Shown: in pieces, positions 58,230 through 64,000 of the stretch | Numbering within the stretch: position 1 is the stretch's first letter | How the letters are laid out: each line of letters begins with the position of its first letter | Assembly: GCF_000143415.4 (NCBI RefSeq) | Contig: NW_003314349.1 | Span: forward strand, 691,172-755,171 | Reading direction: 5' to 3' | DNA from: Selaginella moellendorffii | Taxonomy: Eukaryota; Plantae; Lycopodiophyta | DNA length: 64,000 nucleotides | The notes under the pieces: generated by a model | What the model was told of the DNA's origin: nothing | What the model saw: the letters and a program-made list of their open reading frames with translations, nothing else | The model's database searches: none | Position numbers and translations under genes: made by a program

Positions 58230-59775
58230 CTTGGTCTCCACCTCGGGTCCATCTTGGACTCCATCTCAGGTCCATCTCAAACTCCATCTTGGACTCCATC
58301 TCGGGTTTATCTTGGACTCCATTTTAGGTCTATTTGGGACTCCATCTTAAGTCCATCTAGGACTCCATCTTGGTCCATCTTGGACTCCATCTTGGGTCCA
58401 TCTCGGACTCCATCTTAGGTCCATCTCAGAATCCATCCCAAACTCTATCTTGGACTCCATTTAGGGTTTATCTCAGGTCCATCTCAGACTCCATCTCGAA
58501 CTCCATCTCAGGTCCATCTTGGACTTAGGGTTGTAGTGCATGTGATCATGGGATGAGATTTGGATATACTGTCACCGTGGATCCTTGGAACCTTGGGGGA
58601 TAAATGGGGATAAAATAGCCACTAAGGGCTCTCTCATCAAGCAATTGCCCCTTTTTCAGTTGGTTTAAGGGGAGAGAGATAAGGTGCGTTACAGTTGGTA
58701 TCGAAGCAAATGGCACGGGTTCGATTCCCATTAATTAGTGGCTACTTAAAAGTATAATATACCCTTGAACAAGGTATATTCCTACCTCTAAATTTGAAAT
58801 CGTACATATTGGGCATCCGTATGTCCTTCCTCTTGTGTGGAGTATCCACGGACGAAGGTATCCACCGTGGGACTGCGGTACGGGTGGATGACTAGTTGCT
58901 TCACATGGAATAGCTAATCTACACAATGGAAGGATTGGTAGATTAAGTGCGGAAATGGAGGTGCTGGTTCCCCTTGGTTTAATAGGGGTTGTTAGTCAAT
59001 AGTCAATGAGTGCGGAAATGGAGGTGCTGGTTCCCCTTGGGGGATAAATAGGGATAAAATAGCCACTAAGGGGTGAGTGTAGCGCATGTGATCATGGGAT
59101 GAGATTTGGATATACTGTCACCGTGGATCCTTAGAACTTTAAACCAAGGGTTGTTAGTTAATAGTCAATAAGGACATTGACATCTCTCAAGGATGAGATT
59201 TGGATATACTGTCACCGTGGATCCTTGGAACTTTAAACCAAGGGTTGTTAGTCAATAGTCAATAAGGACATTGACATCTCTCAAGGGGGGGTGAGTGTAG
59301 CGCATATGATCATGGGATGAGATTTGGATATACTGTCACCGTGGATCCTTGGAACCTTGGGGGATAAATGGGGATAAAATAGCCACTAAGGGCTCTCTCA
59401 TCAAGCAATTGCCCCTTTTCCAGTTGGCTTAAGGGGAGAGAGATAAGGTGTGCTACAGGGGTCCATCTTAAGTCTATCTCGGGTTTATCTCGGACTTCAT
59501 CTTAGACTTCATCTCAGGTTTATCTCAAATTCCATCTTAAACTCCATCTCAAGTCCATCTTAGACTCCATTTAGGGTCCATCTCGAATTCCATCCCAAAC
59601 TCCATCTGCGGTCCATCTTGGACTCCATCTGGAGTCCATCTCAAGTCCATCTTGTGTCCATCTTGGACTTCATCTCGAACTCCATCTGGGGTCCATCTTG
59701 GACTACATCTAGGGTCCATATCAAGTCCATCTCGGGTCCATCTTGGACTCAACCTTAGACTCCATCTTAGACTAT
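58230..59775. repeat. 11-12-bp minisatellite (GGACTCCATCTT / GGGTCCATCTT), split by a TRIM
   Basis: Dozens of TCCATCT-core units at about 58230-58525 and 59458-59775. Confidence 0.9.
58532..59457 (+). mobile_element. Non-autonomous LTR element (TRIM) with 162-bp LTRs
   Basis: LTRs 58532-58693 and 59296-59457 (TGTA..TACA), PBS-like TGGTATCGAAGC at 58696, PPT AAGGGGGGGTGAG, flanks AGGGT/GGGGT, and no coding capacity. Confidence 0.88.
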
Positions 59776-60004
59776 TTCATGTGTTATGTGTTAGTCTTCT
59801 TGTATCCCTTTTCTAGAGACTCACTTATTGCTCGCTTTGTGCTTATTTCTCGAGCACTTTGGTGGAAGTTCCATTCCCACTCTTGGATTTTCAAGTTGAA
59901 GCTTTTAATCCAAATGTGTTATGCTTGGTTAGCTTTGCTTCAGCCACTACCACGTGGCACCTTTTCGGCTCTATTTTGGGGCTTAGGGGTTTGTGTCTTA
60001 CAAA

Positions 60005-60500
60005 AATGACTTGAAAGATGATCCATAAGAGTTCAAATATAAAGGGAAAGGGTCTATGAATAATAATACACCCCTTTTTTTAATTAGTTAAAGGTACTAG
60101 AAGATTTGGGGTTAAGTGTCTTTGGGTTTGAGTAATACTGGGCTAAGTGACCTCCTGAAAAATTCAAATTCAGGAGTTTACATTTGATATCAAAAGAGTG
60201 TTCAGGTTGATTCTAGGTTGGCTAAAGGAATCACACTACATGTTGAGATTAATATTTAGTGGTCTAATTTGGTTTGGTTGGATGTCCTTCCATTCATAAG
60301 GGCTTTAAAAGGAAACATGGTGGATCATAAGTAACCAAAGACAATAATTCAAAAGATGATCCATCGAAATTCAAATATAAAGAAAAAATACCCATAAACA
60401 AAAATGCACCCTTTTTTTTAATTAGTTAAGGGTTTTGGGATATTTTAAATTAAGTGTCCTTGGGTTTGAGTAATATTTTGGGTGAGCTCCCAGGAAGTTT
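60005..60500 (+). mobile_element. Old, truncated Cassandra-type TRIM
   Basis: GGGGTTAAGTGTCTTTGGGTTTGAGTAATACTGGGCTAAGTGACCTCC.. occurs twice in decayed form, with PBS-like TGATATCA between. Confidence 0.7.
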
Positions 60501-61746
60501 AGGGTTTATCTTACAAACCTCAAAACAGTTAACAATAGTTATTATAACACAGTTCAATAAGTTGTAGATATAATGGGTTTTTAGTTGATGATACCGAATG
60601 GAAAAAATGTTTATAAAATCCTTGCTTTTTTAGAATGCCCTCACAATTAAGATAATTATTTGTATTACTTTTTTTCTTATACACTCTAAAAGATCTTTAC
60701 TTCTTATGAGATAAATATTAAAACTTCCTCTCTAAGGATTTCATGCAAATAAATCTATTTTTTCATTATTAATATGCTTTACATAATATAAATATTAAAA
60801 TGACAAATGCATGGCAAAACTAATCAAAACTACTATTTACTTCTACCGTCTAAAATAGTGTTGATGAAAATATTATCAACTTAACACAAATATATAAAAA
60901 TGTTGAATAAAATATTCCTCTATCCAATGAAGAATAGTTAAATATTTTTAATGATATCATTAATGTTATTAATCACCTAAATGAGTATAATCAATACAGT
61001 TTTATTGATGGCCCTAGTGGTTCTAGTAAAACATTTCTTCTTAACACTCTTATAAATATTTTATAACTAAAATAAATAAATGTTATTAATATATCTTGGA
61101 TAGGAATTGCAAGTATTTTATTCTATAATAGGCACAATTCACACATTACTTTTAAACTTGCTATTCTAATAAATGAAACATCAATTTCTATTATAATTAT
61201 TAATAGTAAAGCAGGTAAAAGAATCAAAAGTGCTAAGACATTACTATGGGATGAAGTAAGTATAATTCATACTCATGCACTCATTGATGTTGATTGAGTG
61301 TTGCGAGACTTAAATAATACACCATTACATTTTGGTAGCATAACTATTGTTACTAATGGTGACTTTAGATAGACACTTATAGTCATTCCATATGGATATA
61401 GGGTATAAATTGTTTCAAGTTCTGTAAAAATGAATAAATTATGAATAAATTATGGTAATTCTTTAAAAAACTATCTTTGAAAATAAATATGCAACTTGCT
61501 AAAAGTGATAAATCATGGGGTGATTGACTTCTCCAAGTTGGAAATGATGAAATTTTTTAAAATTTACCATATTTACTTTTTAATTCCATTTTATTAACTC
61601 ATACACAACTAATTTATTCATCTATTATCAATTTTTTCTACCCTTCAATACTTGATATTTCAAACCATTATATTACAACCAATATTACACCACTTAACGA
61701 TGACACATTTCCAATTAACAACATTGTTGCTCTAGATTACAAGGTG

Positions 61747-61812
<66 letters not shown>

Positions 61813-61875
61813 CTGTTGTGTGTGTGTGTGTGTGTATGTGTATATAAATATGTGTATATGTATATGTATATATAT
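61747..61875. repeat. Compound (TA)n/(TG)n microsatellite
   Basis: Directly visible in the sequence. Confidence 0.95.
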
Positions 61876-62183
61876 TTATGAAAGTGTTAATTTTGTTGAC
61901 ACTGAATATCCTAAAACCTTTTCAACAAAATTCCTAAATTCTATCACACCTTCCAGTCTCCCACCACATAAACTCTTTCATATAAGATGCCATATTTATC
62001 TTGCTAAGGAATATGTCTCCATCCATTTCATCCTAAAAAATGCACTACCAAATGTTTTAGATTATGAAATTATGATGTGGCAATTTAAAGAGACAAGAGT
62101 TTTTATCCCATATATCACACTAATGCCATTAAATGTAAAAATTCCATTCAAATATCCGAAAGGCAGTTTCAAATCCATTTGAG

Positions 62184-62776
62184 TGTAAGCTCCTGAGTTT
62201 GGACTTCCCGGGAGGTCACCCAGCCCAGTACTATTCAAACCCAAGGACGCTTAACCCCAAATATCCCAAGACCCTTAACCGATTGGAAAAGGGGGTGCAC
62301 TCTTGTTCATGGGCCCTTTCCCTCTATATTTGAACCCCATGGATCGTCTCTCAAGTCGTTCCCTTTGGTTGCTTACAATCCACCACGCTTCCCTGCAAGT
62401 TCACGCCCTCGTGAACGGAAGCTGAGAGCTGCAGCTCTCCCGAGAGCCTCGCTCTCTTGACACCCTACCCCTCGGGTCGAGCCCAGCGGGAGCAAACTGG
62501 ACCAGCCAGATGTCAATCAACATGTGGTGTGATTCCCTTAGCCAACCAACAGAGTCGGACCCGAGACCGCTCTGATACCAAATGTAAGCTCCTGAGTTTG
62601 GACTTCCCGGGAGGTCACCCAGCCTAGTACTATTCAAACCCAAGGACGCTTAACCCCAAATATCCCAAGACCCTTAACCGATTGGAAAAGGGGGTGCACT
62701 CTTGTTCATGGGCCCTTTCCCTCTATATTTGAACCCCATGGATCGTCTCTCAAGTCGTTCCCTTTGGTTGCTTACA
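62184..62776 (-). mobile_element. Young Cassandra-type TRIM with 5S rRNA-derived LTRs
   Basis: 194-bp LTRs at 62184-62377 and 62583-62776 (one mismatch seen), TTGAG target-site duplication, and Met-tRNA PBS TGGTATCAGAGC (62569-62580, minus). The LTR contains GGTTAAGCGTCCTTGGGTTTGAATAGTACTAGGCTGGGTGACCTCCCGGGAAGTCC, matching the 5S internal control region. Confidence 0.95.
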
Positions 62777-63371
62777 TTGAGTTACTACTTAACAATCTTT
62801 AAATGCCAAAGATAAACATTTGACTGAAGTTTCCCCATATAGTTTTCACTCATGGACAGTTTTATATGGCTTTATCAAGATGCACAACACACCATAGATT
62901 TAGAATTAAAGTTCAAAACACCACACATTAGGGTTGCCTCTTTTCTCTGTTTTTACAATCAACAGTCTATAAAGAGGTTTTATATAAAACTTCTTTCTAA
63001 ACCACCCAGCATTTCTTGGGCAATATTTAATGCATATATGGTGCGCTAATGCATGCCAATGTGTAAGAAAAAAGTTCTGCTCAAAATATTATTTTATGAG
63101 TTAAACATGTATATTACAATAATTTAAGCATACATGTGTTTTTTTTTTCATATATTTTGCAGGTTTGCAAATTGTTTTGCCAAGCCACCCACCCTATATA
63201 CACTACCTCCCCCCCCAAAGTGCAATCACAAATTGCTTGCTATACTATATCCAAAATTATAAGTAGAAAGAGGTAAAAGATTTGGCTCATTTTAAATAGA
63301 TTGATTTTGTTAAAATCTTCAATTATTTTTTGATTTGTTATAATCTCTATAACTTTTATATTAGTAGAAAT

Positions 63372-63932
63372 CTAACAAAGTGTATTTGAATCCCAAACTT
63401 TTCTTTTTACTGATTTAGTGCTAAATGTCCTTTGATATGAGAAATATAAAACTAAATTACAATTATTTTGTAATTCTAAGTGTGAATTTTCATAGCAATT
63501 ATAATACTTACAATAAGTACCAGAAGCCCAAATACTTTTTTTATTAGAAGAATATAAAACTAAATTTCCATCTTCTTGTAATCTTAATACACAATTATTG
63601 CCTTTATTTGTTATTTTTGCAAACCATAAACTTATATTTTTAGTATATAATATTAGAGTACAATCACTACTTAAGTATAAATATGCTTTATGATTTAAAG
63701 AAACTAGGAAATATGCTGATAATAAATGCTGGTTTGGCATATTAGTATACCCACTTATTAACATATTTATTAAAATGTTACACCTAAAATTTCTCATTGC
63801 AAGTATTTGATGACTACGAGGTGTATAGTTTCTAATGTAATAAAATATAACAAAATGTTCAGTAGTTATAGTTATAGAAGAAGCAGCAAAATTTATGAAA
63901 TCATTATAGGATTGTTCTAAAATATTTGTCAA
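63372..63932 (-). CDS. Bulb-type (GNA-related) mannose-binding lectin domain protein
   Basis: Three beta-prism II subdomains: LSSDCTLILY..LW, LQEDGNLVLY..IWASGT (canonical QxDxNxVxY) and LQNNCNLVLY..VWDSNT. The start codon is uncertain. Confidence 0.85.
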   Translation of the reverse strand: MTNILEQSYNDFINFAASSITITTEHFVIFYYIRNYTPRSHQILAMRNFRCNILINMLISGYTNMPNQHLLSAYFLVSLNHKAYLYLSSDCTLILYTKNISLWFAKITNKGNNCVLRLQEDGNLVLYSSNKKSIWASGTYCKYYNCYENSHLELQNNCNLVLYFSYQRTFSTKSVKRKVWDSNTLC

Positions 63933-64000
63933 TGTGTTTCAAATGATAGAGCCTACATCTTCTCCACCACCTTCATTATTTGAACCACAAAGTTGTGCAA

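Larger units (their letters stand above)
60650..63100 (+). mobile_element. Helitron PIF1-like helicase relic
   Basis: FIDGPSGSSKTFL, IGIASIL, LLWDEVS, FGSITIVTNGDFR*TL, LLQVGN, FLNSITPSSLPPHKL, RVFIPYITL and FTHGQ in the expected order. Many stops; interrupted by a microsatellite and a TRIM. Confidence 0.88.

Noticed and set aside
58230-59775. Possible CRISPR array or repetitive protein gene (ORFs 58107-58418, 59549-59752)
   Set aside because: The units are contiguous degenerate 11-12-mers without unique spacers, there are no cas genes and the context is eukaryotic. The ORFs simply translate the minisatellite.
62200-62660. Genuine 5S rRNA genes
   Set aside because: Only about 56 nt of 5S-like sequence is present, embedded in LTRs with a PBS and TSD.

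Overview
Eukaryotic nuclear DNA from a non-seed land plant, most likely the lycophyte Selaginella. This is inferred from the many PLS-class PPR genes, ~50-nt GT-AG introns, and GC-rich genes set in AT-rich transposon debris. The window is a rearranging, tandemly duplicated gene island with one assembly gap (32128-32281). Left block (2.3-14.3 kb): a two-unit tandem duplication of the order FAM172A/Arb2-like hydrolase (-), PPR-A (+), PPR-B (+), tRNA-like element, and stand-alone PARP-like ADP-ribosyltransferase (ART) (+). The two units decayed reciprocally: unit 1 keeps the 8-exon ART and the Arb2 core, unit 2 keeps PPR-A. Middle: two distinct Crinkler/RHS-type (CR) genes pairing a P-loop NTPase with a PD-(D/E)xK nuclease (21701-23836 -, 32301-34945 +). 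Right block (34.4-56 kb): a repeated module of CR nuclease 3' exons, an AT-rich repeat, an old PPR relic, ART, a tRNA-like cloverleaf and PPR-B. Mobile DNA includes Pogo/Fot1, MULE-SWIM, Gypsy, Copia, possible LINE and Helitron relics, a Tourist-like MITE, a TRIM inside a minisatellite, and four Cassandra-type TRIMs with 5S-derived LTRs. An unusually AT-rich bulb-type (GNA) lectin ORF ends the window. The best candidate for an undescribed system is the co-amplified set of toxin-like enzymes (non-canonical ART and CR NTPase-nucleases) travelling with PPR-E genes and a conserved tRNA-like element. Gene models and family assignments were made by eye; no database searches were run.
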